64,000 nucleotides of DNA, from assembly GCA_951406725.2 (NCBI GenBank), contig OX597832.1:40424001-40488000 (forward strand), written 5' to 3'. Below, piece by piece: positions 1-13,400 of this stretch. A model generated the notes under the pieces. That model was not told the DNA's origin. It made no database searches and saw only the letters and a list, made by a program, of their open reading frames with translations. Numbering within the stretch: the stretch's first letter is position 1; each line of letters starts with the position of its first letter. Origin of the DNA: Octopus vulgaris. Taxonomy: Eukaryota. The translations under genes and the position numbers were made by a program.

Positions 1-144
1 TTAATACCAACAACAGAAAATTGATATTGGCTGTTTCTGAGGTAGCAATTCTCGTTAACAATACAATAGAAAGGATTTGAGCATTGGCAGCTGTGCTTCA
101 AACATGGACAGCTGTCTTCGAAGATTCTTCTTCTTTCAGGATCT
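1..144 (-). CDS. Coding exon 4 (cut by window edge), Cys-rich FN3 half
   Basis: ttttggttacag|A GAT CCT..., phase 2 matching exon 3 and open to the window edge. Encodes DPERRRIFEDSCPCLKHSCQCSNPFYCIVNENCYLRNSQYQFSVVGI; YQFSVVG resembles the FN3 YxFxVxA strand. Confidence 0.85.
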
Positions 145-169
145 CTGTAACCAAAATAATAGCAAGGGT

Positions 170-365
170 CATCATCATTTAACATCCACATTCCATGCTG
201 GCATGGGTTGGATGGTCTGACAGGATTTGATGTGTCAAACTAGCATATTCCAGTGTCTGTTCTGACACGGTTTCTTTTCAGGCAGATGCCCTTCCTAACA
301 GCAACCACTTCATAGCATGGACTGCATACTACTTTCATGCCACCTGCAACAAATCAGGTTGCCAT
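170..365 (-). mobile_element. RTE 3'-tail / RTE-derived SINE fragment
   Basis: catcatcatttaac...ccatgctggcatgggttgga...gatgcccttcctaac matches the 3' region of the RTE at 46950-47020 and the copies with a (GAT)n tail. Similar copies at about 5850-6070, 8680-8890, 38304-38510 and 60730-60860. Confidence 0.7.
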
Positions 366-664
366 GCAGCTCACTGAGCGACAAACCTCAGTGGGGAGTA
401 GGGTCAGCTTCAGGCAAGTGGATACAATGAGAAGGAGGGTGGACAGTAAAGGTCCTTGCAGAGGATCTGCACAGCTACTCACAACTAGTAGGGAAAGGGG
501 GAGAAAAAGAGAAAATGAACAGTAGGAGCTGCAAGAGATAGGTGGTTGCAATGAGGTGCCCAGATAGCCCCAGAAGGCACAAGGTGTGTTGAAGAATTGG
601 ATTGCAAGATTTGAGTAAGCCGTGGGATGTTAACACTCCTTGTTGACATTATGACCATTATAGA

Positions 665-1085
665 TGTAGGAGTGGCTGTGTGGTAAGTAGCTTGTTTACC
701 AACCACATGGCTCCAGGTTCAGTCCCATTGTGCAGCACCCTGGGCAAATGTCTTCTACTATAGTCTCAGGCTGACCAAAGCCTTGTGAGTGGATTTGGTA
801 GATGGAAACTGAAAGAAGCCCATCATGTGTGTGTGTGTGTGTGTGTGTGCGTGCATGTGTGTGTGTGTATGTGTGTGTTTGTGTGTCTGTGTTTGCACCC
901 CCCCAACATTGCTTGACAACCAATGCTGGTGTGTTTACGTCCCCGTAACTTAGTGGTTTGGCAAAAGAGACCAATAGAATAAGTACTAGGCTTACAAAGA
1001 ATAAGTCCTGGGGTCGATTTGTTCGACTATAGGCGGTGCACCAGCATGGCCACAGTCAAATGACTGAAACAAATAAAAGAGTAAA
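665..1085 (+). mobile_element. tRNA-derived CORE-type SINE (octopus OR-like family)
   Basis: A box (gtggctgtgtggt), B box (ggttcagtccc), CORE-like accctgggcaaatg, internal (TG)n and tail ending gactgaaacaaataaaagagt. Near-identical copies occur elsewhere in the window. Confidence 0.85.
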
Positions 1086-1536
1086 AGAGCGAAGAGTCAC
1101 TCTGAACTTTTGAAGACTTGTGGAACAAAGGAATCCCTCAAATAGGGAAGGTTGGCGACAGGAAGAACATCCTGTCATAAAATCCTGTCTTAAGGATATC
1201 CCCATCCGACCCATGCGAACATAGAAAAATAAGCAACACAAACAAATGAATGAATGAAGTGTGACAACATCACAGAGTGATATTCATTGCACTGAGCATA
1301 ATAAGGACCAGTGTGGTGTTTATACACAGTGCTTGCTGCTTATGCAATGTTGTTTCACAAGTACATATCAATATAAATTAATATCCGGTATAAAACAGCC
1401 ATCTAAGTATCATATTTAATGCATGTATTCAAATTCAAGAATGTTGCTGGTTGCAAGTACATGTCATAGAAAAGGTCCGAAAACACTGAAATGTGTCTGG
1501 CATTCTCACCAGTTGCGATTGGGCAATTTTTCATTT

Positions 1537-1750
1537 TCTTCCTCTATTTATTTCATTTTTAACACAACATCTCCATAAAATTTCCCAGTACAAATACAGC
1601 ACTAACTGGCCTATGAACAGTGACTATACATTTAGTATGAGATATCTTCCTCTATTTATTTCATTTTTAACACAACATCTCCATAAAATTTCCCAGTACA
1701 AATACAGCACTAACTGGCCTATGAACAGTGACTATACATTTAGTATGAGA
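1537..1750. repeat. 108-bp-period direct tandem duplication
   Basis: tcttcctctatttatt...tttagtatgaga occurs twice, starting at 1537 and 1645. Confidence 0.9.
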
Positions 1751-1816
1751 CATAGATGTTATAAATTAACATAATTTAACATAAACTAATCAAAGACATA
1801 AATTAATATAATTTAA

Positions 1817-2033
1817 CCGCTTAGTATTTAAACTGGCCACATCCAGCCAAAATATTCTAATGGTTCTATCTTCAAACTGGCCAGATTTGGCCTCTCACAC
1901 CAACCCTACAATATTCTAATAATTAACAGTTACCTCGTCAAGATCTCATAGCTACAAAATAATGAATGATCAATTCAAAACAATGTGAATAAATAAGAAT
2001 TAACTTTGGAAGAATAAAGTGAATGCTAAAGAG
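1817..2033 (+). mobile_element. piggyBac-type MITE inserted in an AT-rich minisatellite
   Basis: TTAA on both sides with degenerate CCCTTTAGCATT-type TIRs; same family as 17777-17996 and 58251-58405. The flanking ataaattaacataatttaacataaactaatcaaagac array spans about 1760-2255. Confidence 0.75.
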
Positions 2034-2473
2034 TTAACACAAAAACTAATCAAAAACACATAATATGGTTTAACATAAATTAATATAATTTAACATAAAC
2101 TAATCAAAGACATAAATTAACATAATTTAACATAATTAAAGACGTAAATTAATATAATTTAACATAAACTAATCAAAGACATAAATTAACATAATTTAAC
2201 ATAATTAAAGACATAAATTAATATAATTTAACATAAACTAATCAAAGACATAAAGGATGACAAGCAAAGTCAAGCTTGGCAGAATTTGAACTCAGAACAT
2301 GAAGACAGACAAAATATTGCTAAGCATTTCACCCAGCATGCTAATGACTCTGCCACCTCGCCACTTTAACCCTTCATCTAATAATAATAACACCAAAACC
2401 AAAAATAATCCTTAAGCTCTAGATCTTCCCCCCTTTTCATCAGATAAACCTAAAGAAATTAAATCTAAATTAC

Positions 2474-2591
2474 CGGAATGTCCATGTCACTTTCCAATAA
2501 TCGTTGAAATCAATTTTCTTTGGTTTTACATAGATGGCTAACTGGAAGTAATCCATATTTTCAAACCAAACGGCACCCAGCTCTGGTGGAT
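2474..2591 (-). CDS. Coding exon 3, start of FN3/cytokine-binding module
   Basis: cctttcag|AT CCA CCA GAG ... ACA TTC CG|gtaatt; 118 bp, phase 1-2. Splicing creates VG-YPP, the Ig-to-FN3 linker typical of gp130/LIFR/Domeless. Encodes YPPELGAVWFENMDYFQLAIYVKPKKIDFNDYWKVTWTFR. Confidence 0.85.
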
Positions 2592-2796
2592 CTGAAAGGA
2601 ATGGCATAAATTGCAAATGAAAAAAATGTATGTAAAAATAACACAAAAAAAAATTTCATTTTGAAACAAAAAGAAAAACATTCAAAGGAGAAAATTGAAA
2701 AACATTGAAGGAAACAAATGAATTTTAAATAAACATCAAAGATGTTGATTGGCTATCTGAGAAGCAGTAGAGAGGTGATGCCAATGATATTTTTGC

Positions 2797-2827
<31 letters not shown>

Positions 2828-3303
2828 CCGGAGTAAACACATAAATGTGAAACAAGGTGGAAAAAAGAGTACTCAAATACCAGTGGTAGAGTAATATGCT
2901 TTATTTAAACCAGCATTCTAGCAAAAACTGTCCGATGAACGGCAATGTGAAACTCAGAGTAACAGGTTTTGTTGAATTTTCTGCTGCTTTAAATAAAGTA
3001 TATATATATAATAATTATTATTATTATTTGAGGGAATATTAATCCTAACTTACAGGGAAAAAATTCAATTTAGAAATACTAAATCAAATTTCACACACTA
3101 TAATATATATATATATATATATATAAATTAGAAAAAAACCTCCTTTTATCAATTCAAAATGAACAATTAAATTACACCATCTAGAAAATTACATATAATA
3201 GAAATATTAAAATTAAAATAACAATGAAATACCGATGATTAAGTAAATTGCAAAAAAATAATAAAAACGTATATAATTGGTAGTATATATATATATATAT
3301 ATA

Positions 3304-5137
3304 CTAGCAGAGATACCTGGCGTTGCTCAGTATTAAAATGGCATAGTTTATATATATATTACAGTTATGTTGAAACAGGTGATACAGGAAAGTGCAGCAT
3401 TGACAACAAAACGTTTTTGGAGTAAATAATGGGCTAATTCAACTAAGCAATATGTCATGTGTCCGTTTGGAGTATTCCAGGCCCTAACCTGTCATGGAAA
3501 ACTGAGGGTGAGGGGTATGTGATTTTTGAATGCCCTGCAAAGCTGTTAGTGGATATGCTCTCCTTTGTGGTGGTCAGCGCTGCATCTAACATCGTCTGAA
3601 CTTTTGACACCTCATTCAGGTTTGTTGTCCTATATGACTCATAAAGTAAATTTGGAGGAACTGTGGTTGGCCATTTTTGGGTATCAGGGAAGCAATGAGG
3701 TGATAGAATTGCCCTTGAACTTTGAACATCAGTGTAAATCCATGTTCAACTATCTCCTTAGATGCACCAAGCGATGTCATTTGAAATGCAGAGTAGTATT
3801 GTTTGATATTGATCAGAAAACCCTTTGACTGGGTGGAAGTGTCTTCTAGAAGATCCATAGGAGGTTGAGGAGGAGCTGGTAGTACTGGCAATCTTACCTT
3901 GTTGCATGAGCAGCACATGCCATTAGTTTCATTTGGAAATTTTAAAGCTTTACAGAAACGACAATTTGAGTTTAGCACACCAATTTGGACAAAATTATTG
4001 TTTTTATAAGAATGGGATGTTTCATATCTGAAAGCAGCTCCAGGAATTGTGAAGAAAAAATTTGTAGTTAGTCTGTTTCTAAGAGCTGTTCTATTGGATC
4101 TCTGTCTAATCATAAAAACGTTGTTTTAATGATTCGGCATTAAGTGCTGCAACATGCCTTTGCCGATCTTGAGTAAGTGTCATCTCCCTTCTCTCTTGAG
4201 ACTCCATCTGACATATGCTGCAAGCATGTCTTTTCCGATCTTGGGGAAAGTCACATCTCGCTTATCTCTTGAGACTCCATTTGATGAGCTGCAGCAGGCA
4301 TTTGCTGACCTTGGATAAGTCTCTTATCTCCCTTCTCTCTTGAGACGACATCTGACATATGCTGCAGCATGCCTTTTGCTGATTTTGGAAAAGTCTCATC
4401 TCCCTTCTCTCCTCAGACTCCATTTGACATATTGCAGCATGCGTTTGCTGAAGAAAGGAAAGCCATCTCCCTTCTCTACTGAGACTCCATTTGACTTGCT
4501 CCGGTATGCCTTTGCTGATCTTGAGAAAGTCTCATCTCCCTTCTGTCTTGAGACTCTCACCTTTGGTTTTCTACAATCCTCCTAGCTCCATACTTATTTC
4601 TGGAGAGAGAATGTCTTTTCTTTGATGGCATACACTGACACACCATTCCGCTGTCATAGCCATAAAGTCGGAAAGTTGCTGACGCATAATATTGTTTACA
4701 TTAGGATATAGATTATTCATATGATCTTAGGGTTATCACAGAATTAAAAGTGAAAGAATAAAAATGAAACAATATTATAGGCTTAGAATTAAAAGTGAAA
4801 GAGAAAGAGAAAGAGAAACAATATTATATCACATTACAATATAGATGTTATTCTTTCACTTTTGACATGTAATACCAAACCAGTGCCAATGTTATATCAT
4901 TTTAATCCAAATTAAAAAAAATTACATGTTGACAGTCAATTTCTTTATTAACCATGAGGTTGAGAAAAAGAGGGGACCATATGAGGACAGACAAAACAAA
5001 CATTGGGGTCAGGGGATAGAATGAGACGAGGGGCCATAGGCCAACAGGTCTTAGGGTCTGAAGATACACCATAAAGGTACCATAAAGGTTTCTCGTCTTA
5101 AGACAAGAAACCGGCCTTCACTAGTAATAAATATATA
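3304..5137 (-). mobile_element. Internally deleted Helitron with RepHel N-terminal remnant
   Basis: 3' end gagcaacgccaggtatctctgCTAG|T at 3304. ORF 3616-4113 has CxxCxALKFxxE...MCC...KVxLP and SAFQMTSLGA...FKVQGQxYH, typical of the Helitron RepHel N-terminus. Imperfect ~66-bp coding repeats at 4140-4560. Confidence 0.85.
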
Positions 5138-7937
5138 TGTATGTCTGTTTATGTAACACACACACACATATACATTTATATACATTCATATTCTCAAATA
5201 TGTAATTACGAGAGGGTGTAATTACCAGAAATACTGGTGACGTAGTCAACAGTGGAAATTTTCCTGATACTCAAAAAAATCTAAAATAAAATGAAAATAA
5301 AATATGAAATTCTTGAGAAATAGCAACAGCGATTAACACAAATATAAGAATAAAGTCTAAGAAAGATTGGCAGAAATCACGTTTAATTCTGGGAAATGAA
5401 TAAAATGTTGTTTAAGAAAGCAGACTTGGAAACAATGAAACAATGTGAGGTCAAAGTTTGTAGGTAGATTACAAAGAAAAATTCATAGTAACAGTAAAAC
5501 CCAGATGGAGGATTTAGAAAGTACGTTGACTTAATAACTCTGTGAGTAATAAGGAATATTTTCAAACACAATCGCAATTACAGTTCAACATGTAGAAACG
5601 GTTTCATAAACAAACTAATGTTTTTATATAAAGTACATAACTAATTTGGCATGGTGGTGGTGGTGGCTGCAGTGGTGGTGCAGTGGTGGTGGTGGTGGCT
5701 GCAGTGGTGGTGGTGGTTGCAGTGGTGGTGGTGGTGGTGGTGGTGGTGGTAAGATGGTAGTGAGGGAGTAGTGGTAAGAGAGGTGGTGGTGTTGGGGCAG
5801 GAGTTTACTTAGCATTACATTTCAGTTTGTCTAAAAAACATATATAACATCATCATCATCATCATCACCATTTAACATCGGTTTTCCATGCTGGCATGTG
5901 TTGGACGGTTTAACAAGAGCTGGCAAACGAGAGGATGAAGTCAAGCTCTATTGTCTGTTTTGGCATGGTTTCTACAGCTGGATGCCCTCCCTAACAGCAA
6001 CCACTCTACAGAGTGTACTGGGTGCTTTTCTATGACAACCAGCACTGGCAGGGTGACCAAGAACTTGCAAGACAAAGGCCCCTTCCATTGGAAGAGGAGA
6101 GTATTGAGAGAGGGGGGGGGGGGCTTTGTGCAAGTTGATGAGAACTCAAAAGAATAATAAGCAAGCTACTTACCACAACATTAATTTGTTTGTTTACACA
6201 CACACACATATAGAGAAAGAGAGAAAGAGAGAGAGAGAGTAGGGCTGAGTTATCTATCTCACAGTTCCTACACTATTCATAAACACTTAAGACTCTGTCA
6301 GAAATATACTCTCTCCGAACAGGTTCAAGAGATAGCACGCATTCGTTGTGCAAATGCATGCTATACTGTCATTTAAATGTTGAATATTTGCTTGTTTATT
6401 ACAATAACTAAAATATTATTATTACACGGTAAACACTGCCATTTACAGTAAACAGCTATATGTCCTTATTTAAAATCATTATAAACTAAACATAATAAAG
6501 TGAGTTTATCATTTTATAGTCTACCCTGTACACAACAGATAGAGGAGGGACAACTGCCAGGCAATGACAAGATATTTACACTTGAATAAATTACATAATT
6601 TCAACTGGAAAATGCCAAATATTGTGTAAGAAAGGACATTGTGCTCTCATACTAAAGTTTTTAGCTTTGGTTCCTTGCAGGAGGGATAAAGTCATATATA
6701 ATTGAGAAAGAACAGTTCACAAAATAGTACATGTATCATGAGACAATGAAGGAGCCTGTATGTAGTCGATTGACCTACTAGAAATAGCAGCAGAATCTAT
6801 CTTAAATCATGCTGTATTGTCTTAGGAAATAGGTAGGATGGTTATGACAAGAATGACTTTGATTGTAGGTGATCTGTTTGTTCAGAGCTGGCTTTGGGCT
6901 AAACAAAAGCAACAACCACACAACAATATGAGTCACATACATCTGTAGGGAGCCTCAAAATGGCCACTACTCGAATTGCTAGAAATGGCTCCCAAATATC
7001 CCTATCATCTTATAAAAAGGAAGGACTATAGAATGTAGTTGTAGATATATATATATATATCTTTGAATACTTGAAGACTGAACTGGAGTAAAATAACAAT
7101 ATATGTATCATGAGAATTGTAATATCTTGAATGTACAGATAGAGCATTTTTAGAAAAGGGGAAAAAAACTGTGAATTTTAATTTAGCTGTGTTGGATATC
7201 CTCTGATCTCCACAAATTCCAACATCTTGTTTTAATTAAAGAAACATACAGACTAAACCAGACCAGAAATATTTCTTATTTTTAACTGAAAAGTTTTGAA
7301 ATAAATGTAAAAGTTTCAGTGGATTTCTGGAATGTCTTGCAAGGAAATTGTAGTTCATTTCTAACCAAAGTTCCATAATTTATGCATTCTAATAAAAGAC
7401 CATCTTACTTAAAAATCTCAAGATTTTACTAATCAACCAAATCCATTCTCATAGCCCAGGAATTACTTACAAATTTGAATAACATACAAGTTCTAACAGA
7501 GGACAGATAGCAGAGTGGATAAGGTACTAGACAACCAGTCTTGAGACTGGTGGTTCATATTCTGATAAAGCACAACATCATAATCATTACCAAGATGCTA
7601 AACACTATGGATGGTGTAATTCAATCATGTAGGCAGTAAATGAACTGTAAAATTGAATTTTATTCCTTGAGTGTGCAATATCAAGTTTAATTCCTCACAA
7701 AGAAAAAATTTCCTGTGATCAACTGACATCTTAACCAGGAGGAGATTTATCTTGCATTCCCTTAACATTGTATAAACTGGCACTAAACACTAGCCCATGG
7801 ATCTAGACTGTACAGAGTAACAAAACCTGGTGTTTTATAAAATATGTCTCTATGAAACACAGATTTAGTATCAACTTAAGTCCATGGATGTTCTGTAACA
7901 AAAGCATACCTAGCTCTTAATTGAATGTGAACCGCTG

Positions 7938-8355
7938 ATACCTATTTCTTTACTACCCACAAGGGGCTAAACACAGAGAGGACAAACAAGGACAGACAAA
8001 CGGATTAAGTTGATTACATCAACCCCAGTGCGTAGTTGGTACTTATTTAATCGACCCTGAAAGGATGAAAGGCAAAATCGACCTCGGCGGAATTTGAACT
8101 CAGAACGTAACAGCAGACGAAATACCTATTTCTTTACTACCCACAAGGGGCTAACACAGAGAGGACAAACAAGGACAGACAAACGGATTAAATTGATTAC
8201 ATCGACCCCAGTGCGTAGTTGATACTTATTTAATCGACCCAGAAAGGATGAAAGGCAAAGTCGACCTTGGTGGAATTTGAACTCAGAACGTAGCGACAGA
8301 CGAAATACTGCTAAGCATTTCGCCTGGCATGATAATGATACTGCCAGCTCACTGC
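7938..8355 (-). mobile_element. Tandem dimer of a tRNA-derived SINE with Nin-like domain
   Basis: Two head-to-tail units containing gactttgcctttcatcctttcggggtcgat...aagtacc, joined at aaataggt|atttcgtctg. Confidence 0.85.
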
Positions 8356-9955
8356 TGATACCTCTGGGAAAAAGTGTGAATGTCACACGATCCTTTCCTA
8401 TAATACAAACAAACAGGTAGACTTTAATCTCTTCTCACGCATTTCCAACTCACTTGATTTTTCTCTCTTCACACCAATTATATCAATATTAGGTTCATGG
8501 CTCTAGCTTCTTCCAGTCATTCTTCCACAGTATACTAGCAATTTGGAATTCCTTCCCTAGTACCGTTTTCCCTCAGAAACCAGTGAGACAGGTTTCTGAG
8601 GGCCTACAAAGACTAAGGACATAGACTCTTCTTCCAGATCAAATTCTTCCAGAACAAATTAAAAAATTTAAAAAAGCACTGGTGCTGGTACCACTTAAAA
8701 AGCACTGGTGATTAGTGCTACATAAAAGCACCAAGTACACTCTGTGTAGTGGTTGGTGTTTGGAAGGGTGTTCAGCCATAGAAACCAAGCCAAAACAGAC
8801 TTTGGAACCAGGTATGGTCCCTGATCTTAACAGTTTCTGTCAAGCCATCCAACCCATGCCAGCATGGAAAAAAGACATTAAACAATGATAATGGTGGTGG
8901 TGGTGGTGGTGGTGGCGGCGGCAGCAGTGGTGGTGGTGGTGAAAAGAACTCAAAAAAATCAATTCCAGTGTTAGAATTCTTAGAAATGAGCGTGTTTATC
9001 TTTTATGCTTTTAGTTTTGTATTTTGATAACCGTTTAAACTAAAGTTCACTGATAATCATATCACTGGAATTTTTTATGATAAAACATTACCCAAGAAGA
9101 CGAAACATTTTACTGAAATGTTTAAACTGTAAACATTTCCCTGAAAAATTTTTACAAGATTTTCTTTGAAATTTTGATCGGCTTATATAATTAATCAGAT
9201 TTATAAACGAACGTAACCACAATTTGTAGAAAAGTCAAATTGATAAAAGTTAATGAGACTGTTTTCATTCTTAAACAATGCTTTCCAATGAATGCGCTCT
9301 CCTAACCCATTCCACTTTCAAACACCATCTCATTTTACAATCCTCACATCCCACAGTATCTTTCCCTGATCATTTCATATCTCAACCAGGAAAGTATTTT
9401 AGATACTATAAACACCAATTTTGAGAATTATCTGAATAACCCAGTTTCTTTTTTCTATGTCAAATTGATGCTTTCAATATCAAATATCTTTTTTACATTG
9501 AAAATCACCCTCGTTTATTGTTTGACTTTTCTATGAATTGGGTCATGTTCATTTATAATTCGATTAATTGTACAAAGCAAAGTTGGCGTCGATGAGATTT
9601 GAACACAAAAGATAAAACTAACAATCATTTTAATATACAAACATGGCCTAGTGATTTGAGTATTGAGCTAAAGATCTTGCAGTCATGGGTTCAATCCCTC
9701 TATCAGGTATTTCTTGAGTAAGGCACTTCATTTCTCATTGCTCCAGTGTACTCCACTGAAATAAGAAGCAGCCTAGAGCTCTATCCTTCCAGCTGAGACA
9801 CTCTCAAAGTCCCACAGGGCAAAGGATGGAAAAACAGAGAGACTGTTGATGTCTGCTCATGACTATAACGGTACCTAAAAAGACAGTACATGCTACTAAA
9901 TCATACTTGCTTGTGATTAGCAGCAGTGGGCTTTTTACTATCAATTATTATAGAC

Positions 9956-10321
9956 TAGCACTATGACTCGGCAACGCTGGGTCATAGTGCTAGTGCATGC
10001 ATATACAGCTGCGTGTGTGCGCACATGCAAGCGAGGACTGTCCAAATCTCTGACCAATCACATACAGCTAGCTGGCATTCAATTGGCGTATCAAGTTTCG
10101 GGCATTTTGATAGGGTTTTGGATAGAAAATTCACAAAAAAGTCACTTCTATTGATTTTTTAAATGGCTTTGCAGGGTGACTGGGGAAATGTAAAGATGTG
10201 CACGACCACCCTTGGACGGTTTTGAATGACCATAGAAAGTGCAAGTCTTCTAACTGAAAAAGTGTGGATTTGTATAAAGGACACACACACAGACAGACAT
10301 TTTGCCGTTTATATATTTAGA
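9956..10321 (-). mobile_element. Non-autonomous Helitron
   Basis: 5' TCTAAATATATA at 10321; 3' hairpin ending CTAG at 9956; A|T target and no TSD. Confidence 0.75.
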
Positions 10322-10874
10322 TATATGTACAAAGTACAGCCAGCTGTCATTCATTGATGACATACACCATGCTTTTGTTAATTGTTTTAGGTGCCTATGT
10401 AATCAAAAGCAGACACAGCCACTCTCTCAGGTCTCTCACTATTGACCCAATGGTATATCCAGGATGTAACAGCCGAAGGAAGAGAGCCGCACTAACACCT
10501 GGCTTGTGCTCATTGTTGTTTTTTTTTAATAATATTTTTGTTGTTTTTGTAAAATCTCAGAAAATAATTAAAAATTCACATTTTTTGTCAAATTATTTTG
10601 TTATATTTGTCTATCTATCCAACTGTAAACATTATAAATATTTCACTAACTTTTTGTTAGAACTTGGCAAAAGGGTACATATTTTGCCAAGGAGGCAGGA
10701 GTAACATGAAATGAAATGCCTTTGCACCAGGACTCAATGCACCACCTGGTCCAGGAATTGAACCTACAACCTAGTGATCATGAGCCAAACACTCTAACCT
10801 CTAGGTTATATACTTTCGCAGTTATATGTACAACAGAAAAAAAAACTATTAACAATGAATAATAAACTACTTAC

Positions 10875-11159
10875 ATCCAACATCAAAGGAAACTGTTCCA
10901 AGACGAAGCTGGTCAGTATCATTGGTCAAACGACAAGCAACTGCGTAATTCCCTTCAGTAACATTGGTCAGTGTTAGTATTATGGCGGTTTTACCAATAG
11001 ATGTATTGAGTATTGTCTCATTGGAGTCGATGAAATGCTTGTCACTTCTCAAGTCAAAAAAGTACAGGTTTCTATCTTGTAACAAACTTTTGTCGGTACA
11101 AATACAGTATATAGTGACTGAATCTCCAACGACATAAGAGTTCTTCTCTGTTGTCACAT
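10875..11159 (-). CDS. Coding exon 2, Ig-like domain of the cytokine receptor-like gene
   Basis: tttttctttag|AT GTG ACA... to ...GTT GGA T|gtaagt; 285 bp, phase 1-1. Encodes VVGDSVTIYC...EGNYAVACRL...VSFDVG, with an Ig Cys pair and several N-x-S/T sequons. Confidence 0.9.
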
Positions 11160-11414
11160 CTAAAGAAAAAACAAAAAGGAAAATTGTGAAAAATCCAGAA
11201 AATAAATTTGTTTTTTATTGTTGCTGTCATTATAAATTATCCCCAAGTCAACCTTGATTGAGGAAATGTATAAACAAAGAGATTCCTGTTATGACCCTTC
11301 CAAATTTTTTCAAGCATAATCCAATGTATGTGTGTGCCCTTGTGTGTCTGTGCACTCATGCACGCACTTAACATGGTAGGGTGTATTTAGTGTGATATCT
11401 GGCTGCTATTTCTA

Positions 11415-11595
11415 CTAGGTCAACTAGCTTGGTTACCTAGGAAACGGAAGCTATCAACTACTTCTAGTTTTTCTCCTTGAAATGCGACAGAAGCTGTTCT
11501 CTGCACATTTTCAGTGTTTATTACCCCTGAGCATTGGCCACACACAAAAACTATCTTCCCAGTTAGCCTTCCTTTGATATTGCTGCGCCGCTTAA
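11415..11595 (-). mobile_element. RTE LINE internal fragment
   Basis: KRRSNIKGRLTGKIVFVCGQC...EKLEVVDSFRFLG is homologous to the RTE segment at 45915-46080. Confidence 0.8.
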
Positions 11596-11660
11596 GTATA
11601 TATATATATGTGTGTGTGTATATATGGGCCATTGCGCCTCCACAAATGTATGTATGTATG

Positions 11661-11718
<58 letters not shown>

Positions 11719-11719
11719 T

Positions 11720-12200
11720 GAAAAATGGCAGCTATTCTGTGATGGTCTGGGGAGCAATTTGGTACAATGGTTGATCAGAGCTGGTGGAGTGTGAGGGAAA
11801 CATAAACTCAGATAAGTATGTGTCCATACTGAAGAATGGACTCCTTCCAATCTTCTCCAGTGGAGAAATGATTAAAGAAGACTCTTTATTTATGGATGAT
11901 GGGGCTCCTTGTCACACACTCTAAAATGACCCAAGATTTGTTGGATGAGAATGGCATTAAAAAGCTTCCATGGCCAAGCCAGTCACCAGATATGAACCCT
12001 ATTGAACACTTCTTGGGTATAATGGACAGGACACTTCATATAAAGAACAAGAAAGCATCTTCAAAGCCAAATCTTTTGAGATGACCGCATGAAACTTGGC
12101 AAGAAATTCCGCAAGAGAATACTTGTCATCTGATCAGTGACATGCCTAATAGGGCCCTTGCATTGAAAAATGCAAAGGGCATGTCTACTGAATATCAAAT
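11720..12200 (+). mobile_element. Tc1-family transposase pseudogene fragment
   Basis: SVMVWGAI, DDGAPCH and WPSQSPDMNPIEH catalytic-domain motifs, disrupted by frameshifts and stops. Confidence 0.9.
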
Positions 12201-12309
12201 AGTCACGTTATAACAATTAATAATTTGAATGTATAATTTCAGATTTAAAGAAATTTTAATGATTATAAGGGTGTCTGTCTATTTACTTCTGTCATGTCTG
12301 TGTGTATGT

Positions 12310-12385
12310 GCATACATACACACACACACACACACTCACATACATACATACATACATACATACACACACAAACACACACACACAC

Positions 12386-12426
<41 letters not shown>

Positions 12427-12655
12427 TACATACATTACATACGTACATACACACATACATACATATACACACACACATACATACATACATACATACACAC
12501 ATACATACATACATATGTCGTCATACATACATACATACATACATACATACATACATACATACATACACACACATACATACATACATACATACATACACAC
12601 ATACACACATACATACATACATGTGTCGTCGTACATACATACATAGATATACATA
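12310..12655. repeat. (CA)n/(CATA)n compound microsatellite
   Basis: Directly visible; accounts for the HT/YI/VC ORFs. Confidence 0.95.
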
Positions 12656-13019
12656 ACATTTACGTGCTTTTCTGCTGGTAGGACTTTGAAGCTAAACAAA
12701 AGCTATAAACACACTGTTGCCACTGCTCTCACCACCATCATCACCGTCATCACCACCATCATCATCCCTACCCCGGGGTGGGGGGAAGGCGTCTACCAGA
12801 AGAAACCTTCCTGAAATGTTTGCAGATCTTATTTATAGAGGGGAAAAAAAAAACCAGCCTCTTTTCCCAGCTGGACCATTTCCATCTTACCCTCTCTGGT
12901 AGAGGTCAGAGCAGTGCATCAGGTGTACAAATATCGTTATCATCATCATCATCATCATGTTGAACTACAGGTCAAATTGGAGGGGAGGCACAGACAGAAG
13001 AGATAGATATATGCACCAA

Positions 13020-13400
13020 GTATCACTACCACCTTAACAAACATCACCACCACTCCCACCACCACCACTACCATCATTACCACCACCACCACCACCACCA
13101 CCACCACCACCACTACCACCACCACCACCACCACTACCATCATTACCAACACCACTACCATCATTACCACTACCACCACCACCACCACCACCACCCTCAT
13201 TCTCATCACTATTCTGCCATCATCACCACTGTTATTAACTCAGTCACCTCCATCCAACATCACCTGTATCATCATTATCATCATCACCACTACCATTATC
13301 ATCACCATTGCATCACCACCACCATTAATAGTATTATCAATTCAACTAATTTAGCACTTCCATCACCTCTACCACCACCACCACCACCACCCGCTATCAT
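13020..13400. repeat. (ACC)n/(ATC)n trinucleotide tract
   Basis: Directly visible. Confidence 0.9.

Noticed and set aside
665-740. tRNA gene candidates (A/B boxes)
   Set aside because: These are SINE heads followed by SINE bodies; no complete cloverleaf.
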